Assembly (NCBI RefSeq): GCF_026210795.1
Contig: NC_089431.1
Coordinates: forward strand, 4,402,001-4,466,000
Direction of reading: 5' to 3'
Origin: Rhizophagus irregularis
Lineage: Eukaryota
DNA length: 64,000 nucleotides
The notes under the pieces are model-generated. The model saw only the letters and a list, made by a program, of their open reading frames with translations. It was not told the DNA's origin and did not search any database. The position numbers were made by a program, and so were the translations under genes. Positions 1 to 13,000 of the stretch are shown piece after piece; positions within the stretch are counted from its first letter, which is position 1; each line of letters opens with the position of its first letter.

Positions 1-2
1 AA

Positions 3-68
3 GAAATTGATTTCGATATTGATACTTTAAATTATCAAAATTTTAATAAAATTAATTTTTCTTTTTAA
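3..68 (+). CDS. Terminal exon of a TKL-like protein kinase gene that begins upstream of the window (..EIDFDIDTLNYQNFNKINFSF*)
   Basis: Nearly identical to the last exon of the kinase at 45660-47525 (reverse complement of 45660-45730); the 3' flank stays similar to about position 478. Confidence 0.75.
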   Translation, partial: EIDFDIDTLNYQNFNKINFSF

Positions 69-589
69 TTGTTGTCACTAATAACAATTGGTATTTATTA
101 TTTATAGTCTTAAATTTATATCATAGTATATTTATATTTTGTTTTTTTTTTGGTTAAAACATGAATTGATTTTATTTGTATCTTTTCTTCAAAATTTTTC
201 TTTATCATATTTAAGAAAATAAATATATTTATAGCGCTCATTATCATTATTTAAATAATCAGTGAAAATTTTTAAATAATGAAGAAATTTCTTTTGGAAA
301 AAATGCGTAAACACATAAATTTAACATATGAACTAAATGAGTCTAAATCAAAACTTTATTAATATTATTAATTCTCATTACACAGAGCACATCTTTATTA
401 TCTTTATTTAAAGATTATATCAATTTCCACATTCTGATATCACTCAAGAATTTATTTATAATTTTCCAATAAACTTCCTTAATGACGAAATTTACCAATA
501 AAGGAAAAATTCTAAAATCATTACACACAATACTATTCGTCTATAGCAATAATAAATACAATATCATATATGTGGTTCCAGTAGTGATA

Positions 590-961
590 TTTCTGGTGAA
601 AGCAGAAGGTGAGCCTTCCTTTCCAGTTTTTGTTCCTTACTGGGGTATAAGCTTCCATTCCTTTGTTCTTCTCCATTGTCAACAGACGAGTTACATCTGT
701 CGGTTCATATAAAAAGTCTTATAACAGCTGATTTGCTATCTCACGGGCTTCGTTAGTAGGAATGCTAGGGAGGTAGATAGACTTGCTAGTAAATGATTAA
801 ACGTACCTAAAGGTTCGTCTTCTGAATACGGTTCTCCCTCTTCTGTCTACTTCTTTAATTCCATTCTAGTAAATGCTTTTCTTGATCTCTCTCTCAATCT
901 TTTTCATTCCTAGTTCTAGCAATATTTTTAAATGTTCTTCAGAAAGTTTATTATTTGACAT
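590..961 (-). pseudogene. Degenerate coding-like relic, possibly TE-derived
   Basis: GC-richer island; the minus strand reads MSNNKLSEEHLKILLELGMKKIER.. and then has stops and frameshifts; no family recognised. Confidence 0.25.
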
Positions 962-1246
962 ACTGTCATTTACTAAATAGTAAGTTAAAGTTATCCCACG
1001 TGATAAGAACTGATGATGTCATGATTCATCTACGCGATACTCACGTGAACTATGACCAAATATTATTAACAGCAATTTTATCGAATCGACTCTACAATAG
1101 TGGTTTAATCATTTAATAATACAAGTCTTATGAATTGCACTGCAGCATAAGAAATGCGAGCTATTTATTTTTGTACAGATTACCTAGTATGCTTAAGGTA
1201 ATCGATGATACATATCATGTGAGTTAACATCACAACTTAAATAGAT

Positions 1247-1768
1247 TAGAGATTGGACCCGTCTAAAAAAATCTCTACCCGGGTCGCCTGGCAGATGGAC
1301 CCGTGGGTCACCCGGGTGAATGTCGGGTCAACCCAACCCGTCAACCCACCCGCTACCCACCCGTAATTCATATAAAAATTACTATTTATTTTAAAACTTG
1401 TAAAACATTTATATTATATATTGATTTCTTTTGTTATATAATAGCTTTATTATGATCAAAAAAAGACAAATTTATGATATTTCAAATATCATTAACTCCA
1501 AGCTTTACAATATAAACTATTTTTTTTAACAAATAACAATGAATATCATGTTTTAAAGATAAATGTAACTTTATCATTTTACTAATTTATTAATAATTAA
1601 TACTAAACGGGAACTTTTAAATGGTTTACATTGATCAATAAAAAAATTTAATCAACAACAGTTGACTAAACAGGTGTCCTGACGGGTAATCTGCCAGGTT
1701 GACCTGACGGGTTGACCCACCTGCCTCCACCCGGGTGGAAATTATTACCACCTGGGGTCCAATCCCTA
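1247..1768. mobile_element. hAT-type MITE
   Basis: TIRs TAGAGATTGGACCC / GGGTCCAATCCCTA; perfect 8-bp TSD AAATAGAT (1239-1246, 1769-1776); subterminal ACCCG/CGGGT repeats. Confidence 0.9.
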
Positions 1769-1936
1769 AAATAGATTTTGTAAATATATAACTGATGACC
1801 ATTTTTGTTACAAATGAAACCGGATCATAGAAATTTTAAATGTCTGAAATACTATATATCAAATTAGTTATACAGTATATGACTATACGATTCTACACGA
1901 ATGCCCAGATGTCCGTCTGGCATGTGACATCATGAC

Positions 1937-2191
1937 TAGGGATGGCAACGGTCAGTTATGGTCGGTTATAATTGGTTATAGCAATTTAAATGGTCAGTTA
2001 TGGTCAGTTAAAAATTGGTTAAATGGTCGGTTAAATGGTCAGTTATACCATTTTACTTAAATAATTGGTTAAATTGTCGGTCAAATGGTTAAAAATGGTC
2101 AGCCAAATGTTAAATGGTTGGTCAAACGGTCGGTTAAATGGCGGTTAAATGGTCGGTTAAACGGTTATGATCGTAACCATTGCCACCCCTA
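1937..2191. mobile_element. hAT-type MITE
   Basis: TIRs TAGGGATGGCAACGGT / ACCATTGCCACCCCTA; degenerate 8-bp TSD ATCATGAC/GTCGTGAC; interior made of GGTCRGTTA-like repeats. Confidence 0.85.
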
Positions 2192-2724
2192 GTCGTGACG
2201 ATGTCGGTACAGTACTTCAACAGTTTCGTTTCCTAGTGTTAAATTACTAATTCAATGTGAATCTCACTTATTACTATTTCGTATAAATTAATGCAACGTA
2301 TATTTGATATTATATCGAATCATTTATGATATTTCTTTTTTGTGGTTAAAAACCTCATCATATAGGTGGTAATTTTTGGAATATTCCTTATGTTACTCTT
2401 ATTTAATAATGGATCTCACATAATATAATAGATATGAATCAGAGATATGTGTTAACATTTGTATATTATAAGTTGCTAAGTTTAGTATCATTGAATTACT
2501 GATGCGCGAGATGCTGATTTACTATTTGTACAATATAATTATAATATATCCCGAAAAATTGTTTTTTCATATTTTATTGATAAATGAAACAATTGGGTGC
2601 TACGGATACTTTTTTATTATTTAGGGATAATATTATTAATTTTTTTCATTTTTAATGTAATTTTGATTAAATTTATTCGCTAATGTAAATCATTATACTT
2701 TAAAGGATAGTGCATTTTATATCT

Positions 2725-5700
2725 CACCCCAGCCAAATGATCGACATAGTTTCTAAGCTAAGTGGGCGTGCACTACATCCTAGCTTATAAACTGCCCATG
2801 GGCCCAGATTAGCCCACGAGATCTGATTGGTCCAAACAACTTACCAACATTTAATTACAAATAAGGCAATTTTATAACTTTTGACCGGATATTTACTTAT
2901 AAACTCATCGTCAAGGATTGCATTAATGTACATTTTGTACCACCTTGTAACTATAAAAAAGGCAAAAAAATTTTCAAGGTTACACATTAATTTGGCCAGA
3001 ATTAATATAATTTCGCCCAGTAAAATTTGGACGGAATTATAAAACGGACATAAATGTCCGTTTGCGCCAGAATTATAAAAATGGACATTTATGTCCGTTT
3101 TTGTAAATTTGGCCAGCATTATGAATGTAAATATTTTAACTAATCATTCAGTAATCATAAATAAATAAATTATATTTTGTTGGCTTTGTCTCATAAAAAT
3201 ATGCTAAATAGTGGTAATTTCATATTTCTATTATCAATAAATAAAAGTTATTAGCATTTATAAATATTTAAAAATATAAAAAATTATTCAAGAAAATGTT
3301 AATATTTTATTATTTATTTATTAATCCTAAAGGTATAAAACTGCTACCATTTAAAATATATCAAAAAAACAATTCAACAAGCTATATATATTTTATCTTT
3401 CTATTTGTAATTACTTGATTTCAAGCTAAAGCAGTTTAGCTTTTAGCAAATTAATGTAAATATTTAATCAGATAATAGACATTTGTTTTTTTTTAAATCA
3501 AAATACTAGATATTGTTTTATTATTTATTTAATATATAAAAGTTATATGAACATTGTGTTTTATAAATATTATACGAAAATTTTGTAAAGAAAATTTACA
3601 AAAATTTATAATTGATATAATTAATTAATAATTTAATTTATTATTCTAATTGTTATAAAATAATACATCACATACTATTTATGGAAGTTTACTTTAATAT
3701 AATATATATATTACATTAAGAATATATAAATAAATTATTTGATTATCCAATTCATTATATACTATTTTTGTAGATAATGTTATATAAATATACTATTTAT
3801 TTAATGCTATTTGGCATTTAAAAAATTGGTTTATTTAAAAAATATTGACTTTTTGGTTTTTTTATTTTTAAAAATTGCCAAAAAATTGGATTTTTCAATT
3901 ATTAGTATATTAAATATATGTGGAAGTTTTATATATAAATATACCTAGTATTTAATAGTAAATTAAATATATGTGAAAGTTACATAATAAACATATTAGT
4001 ATTTAATTTAATTTGGTATTTAAAATTATTTTATTAATTAAAATATTTTTTTTATTATTAGATGCAAATTATTTTAATAATTGTTAAAAAATTAGATTCT
4101 TTAATTATTATTAGTACATTACATATGCATAAAAGTTACATAAATAATGCAATTTAGCAATTGAAAAATTATTTTATTAATAGGCCATTGAGTTTTATTC
4201 TTTTTTTTAATTAGATATAATTTATTTTAAATATTATTAGAAAATTAAATGATTTGATTCTTTTAATTATTAGTATATTATTATATCTATAGAAGTTAAA
4301 TAAACATACCTATTTAATGGAATTTAATATTTAAATTATTTTATTAATATGAAATTAATTTTTGTTTTGTTTTTATTTACAGTATTTATTATTTATTTAT
4401 TTTTCATTAGATACAAATTATTTTAAATATTGTTAGAAATTGGATTAACAAAATCATTTATTAAAAAAAATTTGGATTTGCGAAATGTACTGATAAACAT
4501 TTACTGCAATAAATTTTTTTAATAAATGATTTTGTTCTAACAATATTTAAAATATTTTGTATCTAATAAAAAAAAAATAAAAAAAATAAATAAATAAATA
4601 CTGTAAATAAAAACAAAACAAAAATTAAGTTTTATATTAATAAAAATAATTTTAAATATTAAATTCTATTATTAAATAGGTATGTTTATCTAACTTCTAT
4701 AAATATATAATGTACTAATAATTAAGAATCAAATCCTTTAATTTTCTATCAAATTTTAAATAATTTAGATCAAATAAAAAAATAAAATAAAATTAAAATA
4801 AAATCAATGTTAATTGCTAAATTACATTAAATAAATTAAATAAGTATGTTTATTTAACTTCTATAAATATATAATATATTAATAATTAAAAGAGCCAAAT
4901 AAATCATTTAATTTTCTATTAATTTTTAAATAATTTGGATCAATAAAAAAAATAAATAAAATCAAAATAAAATGTTAATTGCTAAATTACATTAAATAGA
5001 TTAATAAATAAGTATATTTATTTAACTTCCATAAATATGTAATGTATTAATAATTAAATGAGCCAAATCATTTAATTTTATCAAATAAAAAAAAAATTAA
5101 TAAAATCAAAATTAATCAATGTTAATTGCTAAATTACATTAAATAAGTATGTTATTTAACTTCCATAAATATGTAATGTATTAATAATTGAAGGATTTAA
5201 ATTTCTGACAATTTTTAGATCTAATAAAAAAAGTAAATAAAAAACAAAAAATTAATGTTTTATTTAATAGCATAATTTTTAAATAATAATTAAAAAATTT
5301 AATTTTCTGGCAATTTTGAAATAATTTGTATTTAATAGTAAAAAATAAAAACAAAAAATCATTTTTTAAATGTTAAATAACTTAAATTGCAATTGCATTA
5401 AACAAACATGTTTATAAATATATAATTTATTAAATAATTAATTTACATTAAATAAACTTTATTGCAATTAAAATAATAAATTATAGTAATTATATCAATT
5501 ATAAATTTTTATATATTTTTCTTTACAAAATTTTCATATAATATTTATAAAACATGATATTCATATACTTTTATATATCAAATAAATTATAAAAACAACT
5601 GATTTTTATTGGATATCTAAATACAATAAAAAAATTTTTTTTTGGTTAAAATATACCAAATTGCTAAAAGTTAAATTGCATTAACTTGTCATCAAGTAAT

Positions 5701-6348
5701 TGTAAAAAAATAATACACAGCTTGTTGGATTGTATTGAGATGTATTAAATGGTAGGAGTTTTATACCTTTAGAATTAATAAATAATAAGATATTTACATT
5801 GTTTGAAAAGAATTTTTTTGTATTCTTAAATATTTCCAAATGCCAATAACTTTCCATCTATTGATGATAGAAACCACAATTTAACAATTTAACATGTCTT
5901 GATGAGATAAAGCTAATAAGTTATAATTTATTTTTTCTATGATCACTGGATTATGATAAATTAATGCAATTTATAATATTTGCATTTATAATGCTGACCA
6001 AATTTACAAAAACGGACATTAATGTCCGTTTTTATAATTCCGGCCAAATTTTGCTGGGCGAAATTATCTTAATTCTGGCCAAATTAATGTGTAACCTTGA
6101 AAATTTTTTTGCCTTTTTTATAGTTACAAGGTGGTACAAAATGTACATTAATGCAATCCTTGACGATGAGTTTATAAGTAAATATCCGGTCAAAAGTTAT
6201 AAAATTGCCTTATTTGTAATTAAATGTTGGTAAGTTGTTTGGACCAATCAGATCTCGTGGGCTAATCTGGCCCATGGGCAGTTTATAAGCTAGGATGTAG
6301 TGCACGCCCACTTAGCTTAGAAACTATGTCGATCATTTGGCTGGGGTG
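2725..6348. mobile_element. Foldback-type non-autonomous DNA transposon (3.6-kb palindrome)
   Basis: Ends CACCCCAGCCAAATGATCGAC.. / ..GTCGATCATTTGGCTGGGGTG; outer ~400 bp near-identical inverted repeats; degenerate AT-rich arms continue to a centre near 4490; 8-bp TSD TTATATCT/TGATATCT; no transposase ORF. Confidence 0.9.
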
Positions 6349-7189
6349 TGATATCTGAATATTGATTATATGAAATTTATAATCAAGACAAATATTATTG
6401 ACAAAATTAAGGTATTAAAACTATTTAAAAAGACTAGCAAAATAACAAAAAATGAAAAAAAAAATGAAAAAAAAATCATATTTTACGTTTAATATTATTC
6501 ATGTTTCTAAATCTGTTTTTTTTTGATTCAATCGAAATAATGATAAAAAATAAAAACAAAAATGTTAATAATTAACAACAATGAACAACAATTTTATTTT
6601 TATTTATTTTTAATCATCGAGATTTCATGTAACGAATAAACTTCAATATCTATATCAAGTTGATAATATGAGTACGAAAATTTATTATTAAAATTTCAAA
6701 TCCTTAATCCTTAATACATAATAATAATAATTAGCTGTACGATATTGAAAAAAAAATTAAATAATCATTATCGCCTATTTCTATATATCACTTTATTGTT
6801 AAATAAGGAAAAATACTCCTTTTATTTCGCCGTAAAAAGTATCGGACTTGTCGACCCCCTTGTAAAATATTCAAATCAGACCCGCACAGGTCAAGAACAA
6901 AACATTTCAAATCAAATATATTCGTAGTTACAATATATATATAGAGAAAATAAGATTGTATCAACAAAGCGCAATAAGATCGTCATGGTTCAAGAAACAC
7001 ATGGAGACATGCACTTAAATATGTACATGCGCAGTAAATTATGAACTTGAAAAAAGTATAAAATAACTAGTTTGCAATGTTTAATTTTTTCCAGCAAAAA
7101 AAAACCATTTGAAAAAAAATTCAAAAATATTATCAAATAAAATTATCGAACAATTCAAAAATTTTAACAAACTAACTTTCCTAAAAAAA

Positions 7190-7276
7190 ATGAACCCAAT
7201 TACATGTCTCTAAACACCTACCGCTGAGGCCACTGAAAAACCTGCCGAAAAAGGGAGCGGTTGTGCTGTCATGTAA
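7190..7276 (+). pseudogene. Candidate a-factor-like CaaX lipopeptide precursor with in-frame TAA at codon 8
   Basis: A-rich context ATG at 7190; reads MNPITCL*TPTAEATEKPAEKGSGCAVM*; C-terminal CAVM fits CaaX; GC-rich island in AT-rich flanks. Confidence 0.55.
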
Positions 7277-7916
7277 TGAAAAATTCTAATTCAACGTTTT
7301 ATATGGCTCGAGCTCTAAAAAATAATAAAAATTATTCCAATCGTCATAAAAGTGAAGCATAAGATACTAATTTATTCTAACTTCTTTGCATAACTAACAC
7401 TATTTGTCGATGAAATGGTCTCTAATCACGTGATAATAATGATAATATAATAATTTAAGGAATTTGAGTTGGAGCAGGAGGATGGAATTGTGTCTCAACA
7501 AGTGTTTCTGCAGGTTTTCTACAGATCGCTCAAAAACATCATCATCAAAGACTCGCTCTTCATCTAATAATGTTTCCGATTCCCTACCTTTTTACCAATT
7601 GCTCAAAATTGTATTTATTTACTTGTTCAAATGTATAATAAAATGAAAAATTATTAAATTTATTGACTTGTTTTTACATGATATTCTAATTCAAGAAAAA
7701 TATAATATATGTTGCGAAATGTTGATTTCAAATTAAAAATGTTTGTTTAAAGTATTTGTAAAATAAACGACCGTTAAGTTCGGAGCACGTGACGAAAATC
7801 GAAAATATATCATGCTAATCATGGTTTCTTTATCAAGGAATGTTATACGCGAACGGGACATTTTGTACCATCATGTCTTGAACGGTTGAACTTTCGCTCC
7901 TCTCTGAATTAGTAAA

Positions 7917-9332
7917 TCATAAATCAAAATCAGCAGAGGTCGATTCTCTTTTTTTTAATGTATTTTCAACTTTGAATTCATCTGGAGTTGGTTCATATCT
8001 TACTATAAAAAAAAAATTATTAAAAATAAAATTTATTAATAGCAATTATAAAATAAAAAATTTACTTACAATAAAATCCAAGACCTTTCTTAAAATTTCC
8101 TTGACATCTAATTGAATTCAATATTGATAAAATCAATAATATCCATGATATTACTGATATAACAAAAAATGTATCAAAAAATGGGCTGTATTTAAAACAA
8201 TATCGTACTGATTTATGTAATATAACATGACAATAATCAATTGTTCCAAGATACAATAATATAGCTTGACAAATATTTCCAATATATAAAATAAACATCA
8301 ACCGTCTTGATTCGTCTCTAACCTAAAAATATTTATATATAGTACATAAGAATTTTATTGATAAATAAACATTCAGTTATTATTATTAAAAATTATATAA
8401 TATATAATACTTACACCTTTCAACATCGAATATGTATAAAATAAAACAAAAATATTCAATGGAATAAGATAACTGGCAATTCCCAATTTACGTAAAATGC
8501 GTCCTAATATACCCATACCCCAAATTAGAATTGTATAAAAAATTGACCATAAACTTATCATCATTATTTTAGCATGAAAAATAGGAAACTGTAATTGATA
8601 CACAGAATCCATTTCTAAATAATAATAAAAAATGAATATTAGAATTTGATAAAAGAATCTATAAAAAAAAAAATTAGAAACTTACCTATAATATCTTCTC
8701 TTTTTGTGTACGGATATTCATGTCTCAAGGGCCATAATCTAATTTATTTGTATAAATTTTTATTAGTTTAAATTACTAAATATCAAATATATAAAATATT
8801 AAAGTGACTTACTTTCTTGCCCAGAGATGATACAAGATCAGACAATAAAAAGCCGTGACAATTAATAAAAAGGAAAGCAAAAGGACAGCGGATATATAAT
8901 ATATTGAACCTTTTGGAAAAATGCAATCTTTAGGTATATCAGAACAGACGTTATCTTGTGTATAAAAGATAGACACCCCCATAATTATTGGAAATGAATG
9001 AACGCAAATAAACGCAATCCCATGCAATATAGTTTTGCTATAAAACTATAAAGTAGATAGAAATGTTAAAAATAAATAAATTAAAGATATTTTATTAATA
9101 ACAAATTTATACAATTATATACACTTACCATCGTAATGCCAGAAATTATTGGGAAAAAAATTAATAAAATGACCACAAAATTTATTAAAAATTTTCCCGA
9201 CAAAATTAAAAATGACATTAGTAAAAACGTGTAACCCGCCAAGTCAGTTATGCATGTGTATAAGAGTAATTTCTCTGTTTTATTAAGTTTATTGTAGAAA
9301 TCACGAAGTACACCTTGAAGTGAATCCTCCAT
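7917..9332 (-). CDS. Six-exon polytopic membrane protein (~342 aa, ~8 TM, apparent 2x4-TM repeat), function unknown
   Basis: Exons 9332-9129, 9045-8813, 8738-8686, 8614-8415, 8322-8070, 8002-7917 join in frame through GT-AG introns; eight hydrophobic segments. Confidence 0.8.
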
Positions 9333-11182
9333 TTTTTTTTTATAAAAATTTATATGTTAGGGTTTAAAGTATATAATGTGTAAGGGTTTGAAAGTTTCTA
9401 ATAATTTTTTTATTATGTTAAAATTTAAAAAATATATCCAATTTCTTTAACACGAATTCGAATTTTGATATTAATAAATTTATATCCATTATATATATTT
9501 TTCAACAAAGACTTTTTTTATATTAATATTTTGTTTCATTTCTTCGTCAAATCGCAATGTACTGCGCCATTTTTTTAAAAAAATACAAGGAAATCGTATG
9601 TACAACTATTTGTTTAACGAAAATAAGAAATAATTGACAATCAATTTTATTAAAGCTGAGAGATTCTGCGGCAAAACTAATACAAAATGTCATGTTCAAA
9701 AAATAAACAGTGATCTTACGTTGAATTTATTTATATATTAATTTATTTTATTTATTTGTTTGTTTATTGATAATTTTTTAACAATACATTTGTTATTTGA
9801 TTTCTTTCATTTTAAGTAGGACTTCATGATTAAAAAGAAATTGTAAAAGGAGTGCTTAAGACTTAAGTTGAAGATGAAGCGTATGCCAAATAATAGGAAT
9901 TTATCAATCAAAACATTATATAACTTTATAAAAAATTATTCAAACATTTTGAACGGAATATTACAAAATTGATATGTATATGCATCAAACGATTTATAGT
10001 GCATGTAATAATGGAACTGTCAAACTGTCGTAGGTTTGTTTCATCTTTGACATTCTATGTTTTTGGATTTAAACTTATCGAGATTTATGATTTTGTCGAT
10101 CAGGATTATGTAATATTGAGCGTGCATAGGAAGACAAAGAAAAAAAACAAAAAATTTATTTTACTACGGATTAGAATAATTATTATCCTGTTTATGGTTA
10201 TGTATTATATTTTTATAAATTGTAACAATTAATAGAAGTCTTTAATTATAATTGGTTCCCTATATATTAATGATTTGCAAGCCATTTTACAAATTTGTGC
10301 AACATTAATATATGCAAAGGCTGTTCTTTTCCCCCTGGACGTTAAACAAACAATTATATTAGAACGGTCTAACAAGATAATTTAATTTAAAGTTTATTTT
10401 TTTGAACCGCATGTTTCTATTTTTAATCCAAATTTATATTTACTCAAATTAGTAAAACCTATTAAGGCATCTTTTCTTTCTCATAAATTTACATAATACA
10501 ATAATGCTATAAAATTTAAATAAAATAAATTTGACCGGCGAAAAGCGTAACGATCATCAGTTTTGCACATGATTTAAATAGAATGCTGACGAAATTCTTA
10601 CATTTCTATCGAAAAGGATTATGTACTCATATATTATTAAATTTTTTACTCGTCTCTGAATATTTCTATTTAACTCCCTATATCAGATATCTAATTTATT
10701 GAAATCTACTAATCGTATAACTGAACGCCTTTCCTTCTTCGTTTACAACACTTTTTAAAAGTCTTACTTGACGACATATCTTTTATTCATTTATTAGAAA
10801 CGTTAGCAGTTAGTTATTAAACCTTTAATTATCTCATGACAAACAAATTGAGCTTGCCGATTTCTTTAAAATAATCGTGTAAAAAAATATTTAGGATATT
10901 AAACTTTATAATTATTAGGAACCGACTTTGTAAGAATCGGATAAATCCGAATCGGTTATTCCGGTTCCGCCAGTTACCGAAACGTTCCATTCCCAATTTG
11001 GAACGATCTGACTATAATTTATTCCTAATTGGTTTATAATACGACACGAGCACGTTTATAAATACAATTTTATTAATTTTATTATAAAAATATGATTATA
11101 TTTTAAATACTAAGTGATACTGTAAAATTAATTAATTATATTCTGAATGAGAAGAATATTGAGAATTACGCGTTTGATTTAA

Positions 11183-11229
11183 TATGAAAAGTATGAAAAG
11201 TATGAAAAGTATGAAAAGTATAAAAAGTT
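11183..11229. repeat. Short tandem repeat (ATGAAAAGT)x5
   Basis: Directly visible upstream of the BTB gene. Confidence 0.8.
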
Positions 11230-11435
11230 TAGTTATTAATCAAATATGATAATGGGCGTTTATGCTTAATAATGATTCGATGTGACAATTTTGTGACACA
11301 TTAGTTATCGTACCATTATTAAGCACACCAGTATAATAAATACCATACAAATTATTTCGTCAAAAATATTATTCACTTTAAAAAAAAAATATTTCTTTCT
11401 CATTTTTATCATTTTTTTTTTTTTTGATTATTATA

Positions 11436-13000
11436 ATGGCCAGTAAATTTTTATCAAAATTATCACAAAATTTACTCGAAATTTTAGATGACGACGAATA
11501 TTATGATGTTACAATTGAAGTTGGTAACGATCCTTACGTAAAAGTATTTCGTGCTCATATGGTTATATTAAATTATCGTTCTCCTTATTTGAGAAGAATT
11601 TTATCAACTAATAAAAAGAAAAATGATGGAACTTTAACTCATATAAAATTACCAAATATTTTACCCGAAATTTTTCAAATAATTTTAAGGTATTAAAAAC
11701 TCATTTTTTTTAATAAACAAGTTATTTAAGATTATTTTTTTTTATTTTCTTTTTATAATTAATTTTTATTTTTTTTTTTAGGTATATTTATGGTGGAAAA
11801 CTTGTTTTGAAAGAATATGATATTTTAGATATTATTAAAATTTTGGTTGCTGCTAATGAATTAAATCTTCAAGACCTTATTCCTTATTTACAATTATTTT
11901 TAATTAGAAATAAAACATCATATTTAGAACAAAATTTTAATTTAATATATCAAACTAGTTTCGAAAATGATTCTTTTTTGGATCTTCAAAAATTTTGTAC
12001 AAAATTAATTTCTAAACAACCAGAAAAAATTTTTAATTCACCTGATTTCACTTCAATTTCAGAAAAAATATTAATCTCTCTTATTCAACTTGATGATCGT
12101 AAAATTAATGAAGTTCAAATCTGGGAAAATGTACTTAAATGGGGTATTGCTCAGAATCCTGGATTATCTTCAGATCCTTCAAATTATTCAAATGATGATT
12201 TTATTACTTTAAAAAATACTTTACAACAATTTATTCCTTTTATTAAATTTACTGATTTTACTTCTAAAGAATTCGTAAGTAAGGTGTTTCCATATAGAAA
12301 GATTATTCCTGAAGATTTACAAGATAATTTAATTAAATACTTTTTGGATCATGATCATAGTAAATCAAATAAAAAATCAGAACAACAACAGACAATCAAA
12401 ACGATCAAAAAAATCGATTCTAATAATAATAATAACAATAAGAAGAAAAGTATTGATTCAAAAATTATTACCAATCAACATGTTGAATTAATCTCAAAAT
12501 GGATTGATAAATTAGAAATTACTGATGAATTAAAAAATTTATATGAATTCAAATTAATTCTTCGTGGATCTCGTGATGGTTTTACACCTGAAAAATTTCA
12601 TGAATTTTGTGATAATCAATCTAATACTATATCAATTATTAAATTAAAAGATAGTAATGAAATTCTTGGAGGTTATAATCCAATTATGTGGCAATTTAAA
12701 ATATATAATATATATAGTGAAACTAAAGATAGTTTTATATTTTCTTTTAATAATAATAATATGAAAGATATTAAAAATCATATATTAAGTCGTGTTAAAA
12801 ATAAAAAGTACGCTATAGATAATAATTTTATACATGGTCCATCATTTGGTCAAGAGGATCTTCAAATTTATGGTGGTTCTAAACGTTCTTTTAATGATCG
12901 TACTAGTCATTGTAAAAAAATTTCTTATGAAAAGCAGATCAGAAAAACTGAAGATCATTTTTCTATAGAAGAATATGAAATTTTTCAGATTTACAAATAA
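11436..13000 (+). CDS. BTB/POZ-BACK-TLDc domain protein
   Basis: Exons 11436-11689 and 11782-13000; BTB motif YDVTIEVG..FRAHMVILNYRSPY; TLDc motifs LILRGSRDGF, ILGGYNP, GPSFG, IEEYEIFQ. Confidence 0.92.

Noticed and set aside
2841..6233. Twin ORFs 2841-3119(-) and 5964-6233(+) with near-identical translations
   Set aside because: They are the two arms of the foldback inverted repeat, have no transposase motifs and are most likely non-coding
7455..7610. Coding-like minus-strand segment (RESETLLDEERVFDDDVFERS..)
   Set aside because: No start or convincing splice link to the 8-TM gene, and it appears frameshifted; left as an unassigned relic
7917..9332. Ste3-like pheromone receptor next to the CaaX ORF
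   Set aside because: The spliced model gives ~8 TM in a 2x4 pattern and I see no Ste3 motifs
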